From Candidatus Latescibacterota bacterium (GTDB lineage: Bacteria > Latescibacterota > UBA2968), in the NCBI GenBank assembly GCA_965198115.1, contig OZ240241.1:6528001-6592000 (forward strand): a stretch of 64,000 nt of DNA, read 5' to 3'. A program made the translations under genes and the position numbers. Position 1 is the first letter of the stretch. Each line of letters begins with the position of its first letter. The notes below the pieces were generated by a model, which saw only the letters and a program-made list of their open reading frames with translations, was not told the DNA's origin and made no database searches. Positions 29,067-38,987 of the stretch are shown here, piece by piece.

Positions 29067-30233
29067 ATGAAACGGGTCGCAGTGCTGGGGTCGACGGGCT
29101 CCATCGGGACGAATGTGCTGGACGTGATGGCAGCACTCCTGGATCGATTCGAGGTCGTCAGTCTGAGCGCGGGGCAGAACACAGATTCGCTCTGCAGGCA
29201 GGCGGAACGTTTCAGACCCCGCCGCGTCTGTGTGGGAGACGGCGCGGATTCGGTTCGTGCGCGTCTCGCCTCATCGGGAATCGAGGTACTCGAGGGCGAA
29301 GCGGGCCTGATCGATCTGGCCGAAGACCCGGACGTCGACCTCGTCGTCAACGGCCTGGTAGCCGGTGTCGGGATTCGCCCGACGGTGGCGGCCGTGAAGG
29401 CGGGGAAAGATGTCGCGACTGCGAACAAGGAGACCCTTGTCGTTGCCGGTCACCTGGTGACGGAGCTTGCGCGGAAGCACGGTGGCGCGCTCGTTCCTTT
29501 GGATAGCGAACTGACGCCGATCTGGCAGACGTTGGCACAACACACCTCACGGGATGTTCAAAGGATCGTCCTGCCGGCGTCGGGCGGTCCCTTCTTTTCG
29601 GCCTCGAAAGAGGAGATGGCCTCCGTGACCCCGGAACAGGCGTTGAATCACCCGACGTGGAAGATGGGTCCCAAGATCACGATCGATTCAGCGACTCTGA
29701 TGAACAAGGGGTTCGAGGTCATCGAGTCGCACTGGTTCTTCGGGCTGCCATCGACCAAGATCGATGTCGTGATTCACCGTCAGTCGATCGTCCACTGTCT
29801 GATCGAGTTCGTCGACGGGGGGCTGACGGCACATCTGAGCACGACAGATATGCGACTCCCGATCCAGCAGGCGCTCACCCATCCAGACAAGCTGGCCTCC
29901 CGCGTCGAACCTCTGGATCTGCTGGAAATCGGATCCCTCAGCTTCCACGCGCCTGACACCGAACGATTCCCGTGTCTCAGGTTGTGCTACGATGTGCTTT
30001 CCGCCGGCGGAACAGCCCCGGCCGTGCTGAATGCCGCCAACGAGGTCAGCGTGTCCGCTTTTTTGGACGAGCGCATCGATTTTTTGTCGATTCCACGAGT
30101 GGTCGAAGACGTACTCAATGCGCACGACCGTCAGCCTGGTGATACGTTGGATGCGATCTACGAAGCCGACGCGTGGGCGAGGGGCGAGGCGGTGGAGGTT
30201 GTGAAGACACTGACGGTAGACGGGGGACGGTAG
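29067..30233 (+). CDS. dxr: 1-deoxy-D-xylulose-5-phosphate reductoisomerase
   Basis: LGSTGSIG, ANKETLV, ASGGPF, HPTWKMGPKITIDSATLMNKG; syntenic. Confidence 0.96.
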   Translation: MKRVAVLGSTGSIGTNVLDVMAALLDRFEVVSLSAGQNTDSLCRQAERFRPRRVCVGDGADSVRARLASSGIEVLEGEAGLIDLAEDPDVDLVVNGLVAGVGIRPTVAAVKAGKDVATANKETLVVAGHLVTELARKHGGALVPLDSELTPIWQTLAQHTSRDVQRIVLPASGGPFFSASKEEMASVTPEQALNHPTWKMGPKITIDSATLMNKGFEVIESHWFFGLPSTKIDVVIHRQSIVHCLIEFVDGGLTAHLSTTDMRLPIQQALTHPDKLASRVEPLDLLEIGSLSFHAPDTERFPCLRLCYDVLSAGGTAPAVLNAANEVSVSAFLDERIDFLSIPRVVEDVLNAHDRQPGDTLDAIYEADAWARGEAVEVVKTLTVDGGR

Positions 30234-30274
30234 ACGGTGAACGAACGCAGAAGACAGAGGTCAGAGGTCAGAAA
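30213..30274 (+). repeat. Heptamer repeats (ACGGTAG, then CAGAGGT) overlapping the dxr stop
   Basis: ACGGTAG ACGGGGG ACGGTAG ACGGTGA ACGAACG CAGAAGA CAGAGGT CAGAGGT CAGAAA. Confidence 0.75.
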
Positions 30275-30402
30275 CGACTGCTTCGCCCCTTGGGGAAAGA
30301 CATTGGCAAAGGGGTACCTCACGAAATCACGAGGGTGTACCGGTGGGAGCGGTCTCCCGGCCGCGAATCTTTGACGTTAGACGATGGAACAGGCGGTAGG
30401 CC

Positions 30403-30921
30403 GTGCGACGCGTTGCAGCATCCTGTAGCCTTCTGGTTTTGGCGCTTTCCATCGGGACGTTTCTATGGGTGTCCGTTGAGGCGCACGGGTTGCACATCAG
30501 CTTTGGAAAGTCAGAACTGACCGAACGCATCTTTACGGGGAAGGTGGTTTTCAATAAACTTGATTTCCAGGACGCCCTGAGCCGCTGGAACGATCAGACG
30601 CCGCTGATTGACTTGACGACCGATGAACGCGCGGGCCTGACGCTGAGATACCTCAAACGCCATTTGAAGGCGCGGGCGAATGGGCGTCAGGATCTGAAAC
30701 TCGAGCTTGTCGAACAGGGGGCAGGGGTTCAGACGATCTGGTTCCGATTCCGATTCGAGTCGGGAGAGCCGATCGATTGGCTCCAGGTCGAGCATCGATC
30801 GCTTTTCGCGGCCTTTCCAGATCAGGGAAACGTCCTGGAAGTTAAATCGGGCAGCAAGACGATGAACCATCTCTTCCGACCTTCGGCGCCAGCCCATCGG
30901 TTTGATCGAGACCGGGGTTGA
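30403..30921 (+). CDS. Secreted hypothetical protein (DUF6702-like)
   Basis: Signal peptide then AHGLHIS..; PDQGNV near the C-terminus. Confidence 0.6.
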   Translation: MRRVAASCSLLVLALSIGTFLWVSVEAHGLHISFGKSELTERIFTGKVVFNKLDFQDALSRWNDQTPLIDLTTDERAGLTLRYLKRHLKARANGRQDLKLELVEQGAGVQTIWFRFRFESGEPIDWLQVEHRSLFAAFPDQGNVLEVKSGSKTMNHLFRPSAPAHRFDRDRG

Positions 30922-30924
30922 TCC

Positions 30925-31476
30925 GTGTTCGTCGTCTTTCTGACGTTCGGGTTCGAGCACATCCTGGAGGGCTACGATCACCTGCTGTTTCTGTCGGGGT
31001 TGATCATCGTAGCCCGCGACTGGCGATCGCTTCTGGCCGTTATCAGTGCGTTCACCGTTGCGCATTCCACGACTCTGGTGTTGAGCGCTCTGGAAGTCGT
31101 GGCGCTCGACCCCAAATGGACGGAGACGTTGATCGCGGCGTCGATCGCCTACGTGGGCGTCGAGAATGTCGTGCTTCCGGAACAGCGTCATCGGTGGGCA
31201 GTCGCAGGTGGATTCGGCCTGATCCACGGCGCCGGTTTTTCGGGTCACCTGACCGAGCTCTTGAAAAGTATGCTCGATATGGGGACGATTTGGGGACCGC
31301 TGGTCGGCTTCAACCTCGGAATCGAGCTTGGCCAGATTTGCGTGATCGCCATCGCCGTTCCGATCATTTACGGGATGAGGGCCCTGGGGAAGTGGGACGT
31401 GCTCGTACCTGAACTGTCGCGGATGATTGCAGCTGTGGGTCTGTTCCTGGTGATACAGCGATTGTTCGAAATCTGA
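30925..31476 (+). CDS. HupE/UreJ family membrane protein
   Basis: GFEHILEGYDHLLF, FTVAHSTTL, FGLIHGAGF, FNLGIELGQ. Confidence 0.9.
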   Translation: MFVVFLTFGFEHILEGYDHLLFLSGLIIVARDWRSLLAVISAFTVAHSTTLVLSALEVVALDPKWTETLIAASIAYVGVENVVLPEQRHRWAVAGGFGLIHGAGFSGHLTELLKSMLDMGTIWGPLVGFNLGIELGQICVIAIAVPIIYGMRALGKWDVLVPELSRMIAAVGLFLVIQRLFEI

Positions 31477-31565
31477 GTTCGAGGAAGGCAGTGGCAATGA
31501 GGGTTCGCGAGTCCTCGACGGCGTTTTGACTGCGACACCCCTGGTGTGCCAAACGCTTCTATCCT

Positions 31566-32873
31566 TTGGGAGGCATCAACATCCTTACGACTATAGTCTC
31601 ATTCCTTTTCGTGCTGGGCGTCCTGGTGTTCGTACACGAGCTCGGCCACTTTCTGGTGGCGAAGAAAGCGGGCATCAGGGTCGAGGAGTTTTCTCTCGGC
31701 TATCCCCCCAAAGCACTCGGCGTTCGGTATGGTGAAACCGAATACCTGATTTCCTGGCTCCCCCTCGGCGGCTATGTAAAGGTGGCCGGGATGTCCGACT
31801 TCGGGAAAGAACGCGCGAAGGGGGAGCCGTGGGAGTTTCAATCGAAGTCACGGTGGGTGCAGATGTCCGTGATGGCAGCGGGTCCGGCGATGAACTTCAT
31901 CCTCGCTTTCGTCATCATCCTGGGGATCCGGATCGGCTACGGTGAGTACGCGTATCTTCAGACGACGCGAATCGGCGTGGTCGAGGAGACATCGGCATTG
32001 TATGTAGCCGGGCTGCGTCTAGGTGACCGAATTCTGGCCGTCGAAGGCGCCGCGGTGACACAGTGGGCATCGTTGGCCGAGGCAATCGAAAAGGTCCTTG
32101 GGAAGCCGGCGACGTTTCTGGTGGATCGGGACGGTCAGACGCTGACACTCACGACGAGACTGAGCCCCCATCCAGAGGAACTGGGCATCGAGCCGTTCAT
32201 TCCCGCAGCCGTGGGCTCGATCTCGTCGGGTTATCCCGCGGAGGCGGTCGGTCTCGAACCGGGCGACCGGATCGCCGGGATCGATGGGACGCGCATCGAC
32301 ACGTGGACGCAGATGAGTGCGATCATCTCGTCAAAGCCTGGCGTGCCGATTCAGCTGACGTGGGAGAGGAACGGCGCGGAGATGACTGCCGAGATCGTGC
32401 CTCAGGCTGATCAGGTGGGAAGCGAAACGGTCGGTCGCATCGGCATTACGCCTTTGCAGGAGCGCGTACCCGTCGGTTGGGGCGAAGCAGTCACCCGAAG
32501 TGGGACAGAGATGGCCATCTATACGACGAGTATCCTCGCGTTCGTCGAACGACTGGTGTCGGGGGAAGGCTCCGGGAGGGACCTGGCCGGACCCGTCGCT
32601 ATCGCGAAGCTCGTGGGCGATCGTGCGAAGATCGGGCTCGAACCCCTCCTTAGCTTTATGGCCCTGTTGAGTGTGAACCTCGGGGTGTTGAACCTGCTGC
32701 CGATTCCGGTGTTGGACGGGGGACACTTGATGATTATGTCGATCGAGGCGGTCATTCGGCGAGACCTGTCCGTTCGCCAGAAGGAAGTCTTGCAACAGAT
32801 GGGGTTCGCGTTCTTGCTCCTGCTGATGATCTACGTGACGGTGAACGATTTGGGGAGGGTGTTTGGGATGTAG
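31566..32873 (+). CDS. rseP: RIP metalloprotease RseP
   Basis: HELGH, PLGGYV, AGPAMN, two PDZ-like regions, NLLPIPVLDGGH. Confidence 0.96.
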   Translation: MGGINILTTIVSFLFVLGVLVFVHELGHFLVAKKAGIRVEEFSLGYPPKALGVRYGETEYLISWLPLGGYVKVAGMSDFGKERAKGEPWEFQSKSRWVQMSVMAAGPAMNFILAFVIILGIRIGYGEYAYLQTTRIGVVEETSALYVAGLRLGDRILAVEGAAVTQWASLAEAIEKVLGKPATFLVDRDGQTLTLTTRLSPHPEELGIEPFIPAAVGSISSGYPAEAVGLEPGDRIAGIDGTRIDTWTQMSAIISSKPGVPIQLTWERNGAEMTAEIVPQADQVGSETVGRIGITPLQERVPVGWGEAVTRSGTEMAIYTTSILAFVERLVSGEGSGRDLAGPVAIAKLVGDRAKIGLEPLLSFMALLSVNLGVLNLLPIPVLDGGHLMIMSIEAVIRRDLSVRQKEVLQQMGFAFLLLLMIYVTVNDLGRVFGM

Positions 32874-32880
32874 GGGAGGA

Positions 32881-32915
32881 CGTTGACCGTTTTCCGTTGT
32901 CCGTGATCCGTTGAA
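32881..32915 (+). repeat. Heptamer repeat (CCGTTGA; complement of the ACGG family)
   Basis: CGTTGAC CGTTTTC CGTTGTC CGTGATC CGTTGAA after the rseP stop. Confidence 0.7.
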
Positions 32916-32918
32916 CCA

Positions 32919-32956
32919 GCGCCGGTGCTCCGAGGAGTGTCGGCGTTTCTGATTTT
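32919..32956 (+). terminator. Intrinsic terminator after rseP
   Basis: GCGCCGGTGCTC-CGAG-GAGTGTCGGCGT hairpin followed by TTCTGATTTT. Confidence 0.6.
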
Positions 32957-33022
32957 AAACGCGGTGGCCGGAGATGCGGTGCTTCGATTCCGACCTTGAC
33001 TTCCGAACACCGTGATGAAGCG

Positions 33023-33379
33023 CTAATCGGAGTCTTTTTTCTGGTGTTCGATGGCTTGCCCTACCCTTACCGCCACCTCCTGCCACATCGCTCGATTTCC
33101 TTGATTCTCCTCCAGCCATTGATTGAGGCGAGCTTCTGTCAGTTCGTGTCGTTCGAGTAGCGCGTGACGTGCCTTCTTGAGGGAGTCCGGAAGGGCTTGT
33201 AGATCACGATTGAGATGGATGGCTTCGACGAGGGCGGAGATGATGCGCCGATCTTCGACGGCGAGTTCTGTGGTCTTTTCGGAACATTGGACCGAGAGAA
33301 GAACCGCAATACTGACCGACCATAACCGGTGAAGTGGCGGATTTTTCCATCTCCACTTGGTTCGAATCTTACAGTACAT
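33023..33379 (-). CDS. Hypothetical protein, possibly a lipoprotein
   Basis: Hydrophobic stretch ending SVQC, helical C-terminal part; start uncertain. Confidence 0.5.
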   Translation of the reverse strand: MYCKIRTKWRWKNPPLHRLWSVSIAVLLSVQCSEKTTELAVEDRRIISALVEAIHLNRDLQALPDSLKKARHALLERHELTEARLNQWLEENQGNRAMWQEVAVRVGQAIEHQKKDSD

Positions 33380-33449
33380 AATTGCTGCTCAAAAGAGCAC
33401 TACCTTGTTTTTTTTATGAAGATATGGGCAGTTTTTTTGACATTTTCGC

Positions 33450-33508
33450 TTGACACGCCACAGGTCAGGCATTATTCTTGGTGGTGAATAGTGGTGGAAA
33501 GTGGAGTG
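33450..33508 (+). promoter_or_regulatory. dcw promoter with MraZ-binding direct repeats
   Basis: TTGACA-17 bp-TATTCT followed by three GTGG boxes at 10-bp period (33481, 33491, 33501). Confidence 0.8.
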
Positions 33509-33579
33509 TTTTGAATCGAATCGAAGTAACTAACTGGAAGCAAAGCAGTTAGTGATATCGCATCTCCCCAGGATATCGA

Positions 33580-34029
33580 ATGCCCGACGAAACTCCCCAA
33601 TTCATCGGCGAATACGAAGACGTGCCGGTCGATGTCAAAGGCCGGCTCATTTTCCCTTCAGCCTTCCGTAAGGCGCTCCCGATGGGCGTGAATACCTTCG
33701 TTGTCGCCCGTTGGTTCGATGGCTGCCTGGGTGCCTATGACCCGGTCGGCTGGAAGCGCGTGCTGCAGAAACTGCAGGGCTTGAGTGGCGCGAAGCGTGA
33801 TACGCGGCAGCTCATCCGGGCCGTGGCAGGTCGGGCGACAGAAGTGCGGCTCGATAGCCAGGGCCGTGTTCTTATCCCCCGAAAACAACTTGAAATGGCA
33901 GGGATCACGGATCGAGCCACTCTGCTCGGCGTGATCGACCGGGTCGAGATCTGGTGTCCCGAGACCTATCGGCAGCGCGCCGACGAGGTGGATCTCGAGG
34001 GGATCGCAGAGGAACTCGACTGGATCTGA
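33580..34029 (+). CDS. mraZ: Division/cell wall cluster repressor MraZ
   Basis: VDVKGRLIFPSAFR, LDSQGRVLIP, RVEIW. Confidence 0.96.
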   Translation: MPDETPQFIGEYEDVPVDVKGRLIFPSAFRKALPMGVNTFVVARWFDGCLGAYDPVGWKRVLQKLQGLSGAKRDTRQLIRAVAGRATEVRLDSQGRVLIPRKQLEMAGITDRATLLGVIDRVEIWCPETYRQRADEVDLEGIAEELDWI

Positions 34030-34158
34030 CCTGAGCCCACGCCGCTCCGTGCGTCGTGGGTGATTATAGGCATTCTGCCCGACGGCGTCTAAAGGTGGTC
34101 CCGGCGTCGGCGGGGCCCCGACGCGAGAGTGGTAGGGGCCGATGCTCGAGGGGGCCCG

Positions 34159-35097
34159 ATGAGCATCGACGAAACCGGGTATCACGAACCGGTTCTGGGA
34201 CCAGAAGTTGTTTCGTTCCTGAGTGTCGTGTCGGACGGGTGGTTGATCGACGCGACGGTTGGAGGGGGCGGTCATTCAGAGTTGATGTTGGAGGCCTTGC
34301 CCGGGGTGAAGGTGCTGGGGCTGGACCGGGATCCCGTTGCGATCGAAGCGTCGACGCGGCGGCTCTCGAAGTTCGGTGACCGTGTCCGATTGGTCACATC
34401 GCCGTTCAGCAGGATCGACGGAGTCATCGTGACGACGGGCGTTTCGGAGGTTCGTGGCGTCCTGTTCGATCTGGGGGTTTCGTCCCGTCAGATCGACGAT
34501 CCCGAACGTGGATTCAGCTACAGCCAAGATGGCCCGCTGGATATGCGTATGGGTCCGGATGCGACGACCTCGGCTGAAGAGGTCGTGAACACGTTCAGCG
34601 AGAAGGACCTCGCTCGAATTCTTCGATCGTACGGTGAGGAGCGGAAGGCACGACAAATCGCCCGGGCCATCTGCACGGCTCGAGCCACGGAGCGAATCCG
34701 GACGACGGGTGTGCTCGCGGGTCTTGTCGCTCAGGTGGTCCCGAAGCCGCATACGACGAAGTCCCTGGCCCGGGTTTTCCAGGCGATTCGGATCGAGGTC
34801 AACGGGGAGCTCGACCAACTGACGGTGTCGCTCGATTCGGCCATCGATTCACTCACGCCGGGCGGTCGTCTGGCTGTGCTGACGTATCACTCTCTGGAAG
34901 ATCGTGTCGTGAAACAGACGATGCGTGGAACGGTCGAGGATCGTCCGCCACCCGGTTTTCCGGTCGATGTGGGTTCCCGAGTCCGTCTGCGAGAAATCAA
35001 CCCGAGAGGGACGACGGCCTCAGCAGCGGAAACGAGCCGGAACCCGAGGGCTCGGAGCGCACGACTCAGGGTGGGAGAACGGCTCCCGACGACGTGA
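34159..35097 (+). CDS. rsmH: 16S rRNA m4C1402 methyltransferase
   Basis: HEPVL, DATVGGGGHS, DLGVSS..D..RGFS, FQAIRIEVN, YHSLEDR, NPRARSA. Confidence 0.97.
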   Translation: MSIDETGYHEPVLGPEVVSFLSVVSDGWLIDATVGGGGHSELMLEALPGVKVLGLDRDPVAIEASTRRLSKFGDRVRLVTSPFSRIDGVIVTTGVSEVRGVLFDLGVSSRQIDDPERGFSYSQDGPLDMRMGPDATTSAEEVVNTFSEKDLARILRSYGEERKARQIARAICTARATERIRTTGVLAGLVAQVVPKPHTTKSLARVFQAIRIEVNGELDQLTVSLDSAIDSLTPGGRLAVLTYHSLEDRVVKQTMRGTVEDRPPPGFPVDVGSRVRLREINPRGTTASAAETSRNPRARSARLRVGERLPTT

Positions 35098-35121
35098 GGC
35101 AGAGACAATGAAGGACGGGCT

Positions 35122-35448
35122 ATGGCGATCGGCCGATCGATCTCGTATCGATGGTATTTTCTGTCACTCGTTCTTCTGGTTGCCGGTCTTCTGCTTTACG
35201 TCTGGTGCCACGTGACGACCCTTTCGCAGGGCGAGCGCATCACGGACCTGGTGGATGAACGAACGGCACTGCTCAGGACACAAGACTTGTTGAGAGCCGA
35301 AGTCACGGGTCTGGGGCGGAGCAGCCGTATACGGGAAATCGCGATGCTCGAGCTGGGGATGCGATTCCCGAACGAACAACCGAACAATCTTTACCTTGCG
35401 CCGAACGTGTCGGCCCCGGAGGGTGCCGGGTTCAGTGCCGCGCGTTGA
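35122..35448 (+). CDS. ftsL: Cell division protein FtsL
   Basis: Single TM plus coiled coil ending RIREIA..LGM; between rsmH and ftsI. Confidence 0.85.
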   Translation: MAIGRSISYRWYFLSLVLLVAGLLLYVWCHVTTLSQGERITDLVDERTALLRTQDLLRAEVTGLGRSSRIREIAMLELGMRFPNEQPNNLYLAPNVSAPEGAGFSAAR

Positions 35449-37468
35449 CGACAGGCACATTTCGCGACAGAAGGCGATCGGCGTGGTGGGTCTTCTTTTC
35501 GCGCTGGGCATCGGGATCCGGCTGGTCGTCGTCCAGTATCTGGCGAACGATGCTTACACCGATCGGGCGGAAAGTCAGCACGTAAGGGACACGCCGGTCC
35601 GGGCGCGACGAGGGCAGATCCTCGATCGGAATAAACGGGTTCTCGCGACGACACTCGAGTCGCAATCGTTCTTTGTCAACCACATATCGGATGCCGATAC
35701 ACGTCGTGCCATTGCGGTGCGTTTCAGCCGCGAGGCCGGCAAGTCCACGAGTCGGATGATGCAAAAGCTGGACGGCGAACGATCGTTCGTCTGGCTCGCG
35801 CGCAAGATGGTGGATGGTCCCGACCTCGACGATCTCCCCGATGGTGTGGGTCACGTCGTGGAGATGCGACGAAGTTACCCGATGGCGACAGTGGCGAGTC
35901 AATTGATCGGCTACACGGATGTCGACAACGTGGGTATCGAAGGTGTGGAGCGATCGTTCGATCCACTTCTCCGAGGACATACCGGCGAGATTTCATCGCG
36001 TGTCGACGCCCTCGGCAGGGCGATCGGGGACTTCGGTGTCGTCAAACTGATGCCGGAGGATGGGGCGGATCTCGTGCTCACGATCGACGCGGATTACCAG
36101 TCGATCGCCGAGGAGGAGCTGGAAGCAGCCGTTGCCCATTTCGAGGCAGAGAGCGGAATCGCCATCGTTTCTGACCCCGCTACGGGAGAGATTCTCGCGA
36201 TGGCCAACGTTCCTCTCTACGATCCGAACAGTTTTGGCCGATTCCCAGCGGGCGTTCGGAGGAATCGAGCGGTCACGGATATCTTTGAACCGGGCTCGAC
36301 GTTCAAGATCGTGGCGGTTGCCGGAGCGCTCGAAGAGGGAAACCTCTCGGCCACGGACAGTGTCTTTTGCGAGAACGGCAGGCTGGAGATCGGAGGGGGC
36401 GTGATTCGCGATACGCATCCTTCGGGATGGCTCTCGGTGGGCGAGGTGATAGAGGAATCGAGTAATGTCGGAACGATCAAGATCGCTCGAACCCTCGGCC
36501 CTGGTGGTCTGTTTCGATACGCACGACTGTTCGGGTTCGGCAGCGTGACGGGAGCCGGATTGCCGGGTGAGGTTTCAGGAACGCTTCGCCATCCCGCCAA
36601 TTGGTCGGGCCGGTCGCTCGAGACGATTGCGATCGGACAGGAAATCGGGTCCACGGCGCTCCAGGTCGTCTCGGCCTACGCCGCGATCGCCAATGGAGGT
36701 TACCTGCTCGCTCCCCACATCTACCGGTATGGGGAACGGGGACGATCCAGAATGATCGAAGCGGGAACGGATACGATAAGACGCGTCGTGTCGGTCGAAA
36801 CGGCGGAGACGGTGCGCGGCTTTCTCGAAAGCGTGGTTGCCCGGGGCACCGGTTCCCGGGCCGCAGTTCCGGGTTACCGCGTAGCCGGAAAGACGGGTAC
36901 GGCGCAAAAGGCCTATGTCGATCGTCCCGGTTACGATCCGGATCGATACATCTCGTCCTTTATCGGGTTCCTCCCAGTAGAAGCACCCGAGCTCCTCTGT
37001 CTGGTCGTGGTCGACAGTCCGCGAAAAAACCACCTGGGGAGCCGGGTCGCAGCACCCGTATTCAGCCGAATCGTGCAGAGGATCCTGAGTCGTCGAGGTA
37101 CGCTGGTTCGCCACAGGGCCCGGCTCGCCGCGGTTCAGTCAGAAGTCGGCTGGACCCAGAACCACCGAGAAGCCCGGGTTGCTCCGTCGACGGAGTCGAT
37201 TCCCTATCGTGAGGTCGACGCGTTGCCCATCGAGTCGGAAGCAGCCGGTTTGAGAATGCCCGACGTGATGGGGGCGCCTCTGCGAAGAGCGGTGTCCGAA
37301 CTGACGCGGGCAGGGTTTCGGGTCAAGGCGACGGGGACCGGACGGGTCATTCGACAGATTCCCGTTTCCGGTTCGGTCGTCCGGCCGGGTACGGTCACGC
37401 GGGTCACCTGTCGGACGACGTTGAGCTTCGAGAATAGAGAATCGAATAGTGAGAAACGTAGAATGTGA
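35435..37468 (+). CDS. ftsI: Division-specific class B PBP with C-terminal PASTA domain
   Basis: RGQILDRN, EPGSTFK, SSNVG, GKTGTAQ; start approximate. Confidence 0.93.
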   Translation: MPRVDDRHISRQKAIGVVGLLFALGIGIRLVVVQYLANDAYTDRAESQHVRDTPVRARRGQILDRNKRVLATTLESQSFFVNHISDADTRRAIAVRFSREAGKSTSRMMQKLDGERSFVWLARKMVDGPDLDDLPDGVGHVVEMRRSYPMATVASQLIGYTDVDNVGIEGVERSFDPLLRGHTGEISSRVDALGRAIGDFGVVKLMPEDGADLVLTIDADYQSIAEEELEAAVAHFEAESGIAIVSDPATGEILAMANVPLYDPNSFGRFPAGVRRNRAVTDIFEPGSTFKIVAVAGALEEGNLSATDSVFCENGRLEIGGGVIRDTHPSGWLSVGEVIEESSNVGTIKIARTLGPGGLFRYARLFGFGSVTGAGLPGEVSGTLRHPANWSGRSLETIAIGQEIGSTALQVVSAYAAIANGGYLLAPHIYRYGERGRSRMIEAGTDTIRRVVSVETAETVRGFLESVVARGTGSRAAVPGYRVAGKTGTAQKAYVDRPGYDPDRYISSFIGFLPVEAPELLCLVVVDSPRKNHLGSRVAAPVFSRIVQRILSRRGTLVRHRARLAAVQSEVGWTQNHREARVAPSTESIPYREVDALPIESEAAGLRMPDVMGAPLRRAVSELTRAGFRVKATGTGRVIRQIPVSGSVVRPGTVTRVTCRTTLSFENRESNSEKRRM

Positions 37469-37474
37469 AGTATA
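37428..37474 (+). repeat. Purine-rich heptamer repeat overlapping the ftsI stop
   Basis: TCGAGAA TAGAGAA TCGAATA GTGAGAA ACGTAGAA TGTGAAG. Confidence 0.6.
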
Positions 37475-37478
37475 GGCG

Positions 37479-38933
37479 ATGGCAGGCTTGAGCGATTTGC
37501 TCGCCGCCGTCGATGTGGTCGACGTGGCCGGCGATACGGGCGTCGCGATCGGGGGTCTGTCGATCGACTCTCGGACGGTGAAACCCGGCGATCTGTTCGT
37601 GGCTTTGCGGGGTGGACAGCTCGAGGATCGCCACGCGTTCGTGGATGCGGCCGTGGAAGCAGGAGCAGTCGCGGTGGTTGTCGAAGATGCGGTCGAGGTG
37701 GCCGTTCCGGTGGTCAGGGTGAAATCGACCCCGACGGCCCTTGCCGGTCTTGCGAACGGATTTTACGATCACCCGCACCGTTCCCTACGGATGGTAGGGG
37801 TGACGGGCACGAACGGCAAGACGACGACGACGTATCTGATCCGTGCGATGCTCGAGGCACACGGGCTTTCGACAGGCCTGATCGGTACGATCGAGTATCG
37901 AATCGGCAAACGATGTGTGGCGTCGGACAACACGACGCCGGAGGCTCACCAGCTCCAGGCCTTGCTGCGGGAGATGGTGGACAGCGGAAATCAGGCCGCG
38001 GTGATGGAGGTTTCCTCACACGGGCTGAGCCTGGAACGGGTTCGCGGGATCGAATTCGAGCAGGCGGTTTTCACGAACCTGACCCGCGACCATCTGGACT
38101 ATCACTCGTCCTACGAAGCTTATGCGGCCGCGAAGGCCTCGCTCTTTGACAACCTAGATCCTGATGCACACGCCATCGTCAACGCGGACGATGACACGGC
38201 GGTGCGAATACTCCAGAACTGCGACGCGACCGTGTTGACCTACGGCGCGGCGGAGGATGCGGGTATCCGTATCGTGGGTGGCGAGAGCAGTTTCCGCGGG
38301 TCGACGGTGGCGCTGGAAACACCAGAAGGACCGGTAACGCTGACCCTCGCCCTGACGGGGGCCTTCAACCGATACAACGCGGCCGCGGCAGTGGCTGTCG
38401 GACTGCGAATGGGTATCGGTTTGACGGACATCGCTGAATCGCTCAAGGACGTTCGCGTCCCCGGTCGGTTCGAGCTCGTCGATGAAGGACAGTCGTTCGG
38501 TGTGTTCGTGGATTACGCGCACACGACGGATGGGCTTGTCAACGCTCTCCGGGCAGGACGGATGTTGACGGACAAGCGGCTGATTTCGGTGTTTGGCTGC
38601 GGGGGCGACCGTGACGCGGGCAAGCGACCGGAGATGGGCCGCGTGTCTGCCGAGATTGCCGACGTGAGTGTGGTGACCTCGGACAATCCGAGGTCCGAAG
38701 ACCCCGCAGCGATCGTCCGTGATATCCTTCCCGGCGTCGGCGATGCTACGTACCTCGTGGAGGTGGACCGACGGACGGCGATCGGTCGAGCCATCGAACT
38801 GGCCGAGCCGGGTGACCTTGTTGTGATCGCGGGAAAGGGTCACGAGGATTATCAGGTGATCGGTGAGGAAACGATTCATTTCGATGACCGGGAAGAAGCG
38901 CGCCGCGCGCTGCGCGCGCGGATTGAAGAATAG
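37479..38933 (+). CDS. murE: UDP-MurNAc-dipeptide:meso-DAP ligase
   Basis: GVTGTNGKTT, MEVSSH, DHLDYH, DYAHT, DNPR (DAP specificity), GKGHE. Confidence 0.97.
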   Translation: MAGLSDLLAAVDVVDVAGDTGVAIGGLSIDSRTVKPGDLFVALRGGQLEDRHAFVDAAVEAGAVAVVVEDAVEVAVPVVRVKSTPTALAGLANGFYDHPHRSLRMVGVTGTNGKTTTTYLIRAMLEAHGLSTGLIGTIEYRIGKRCVASDNTTPEAHQLQALLREMVDSGNQAAVMEVSSHGLSLERVRGIEFEQAVFTNLTRDHLDYHSSYEAYAAAKASLFDNLDPDAHAIVNADDDTAVRILQNCDATVLTYGAAEDAGIRIVGGESSFRGSTVALETPEGPVTLTLALTGAFNRYNAAAAVAVGLRMGIGLTDIAESLKDVRVPGRFELVDEGQSFGVFVDYAHTTDGLVNALRAGRMLTDKRLISVFGCGGDRDAGKRPEMGRVSAEIADVSVVTSDNPRSEDPAAIVRDILPGVGDATYLVEVDRRTAIGRAIELAEPGDLVVIAGKGHEDYQVIGEETIHFDDREEARRALRARIEE

Positions 38934-38987
38934 GAAAATGAAAATTTCAGATTTGAGATCGACAATGGGCTTCGCCGTGCTTGTCTG

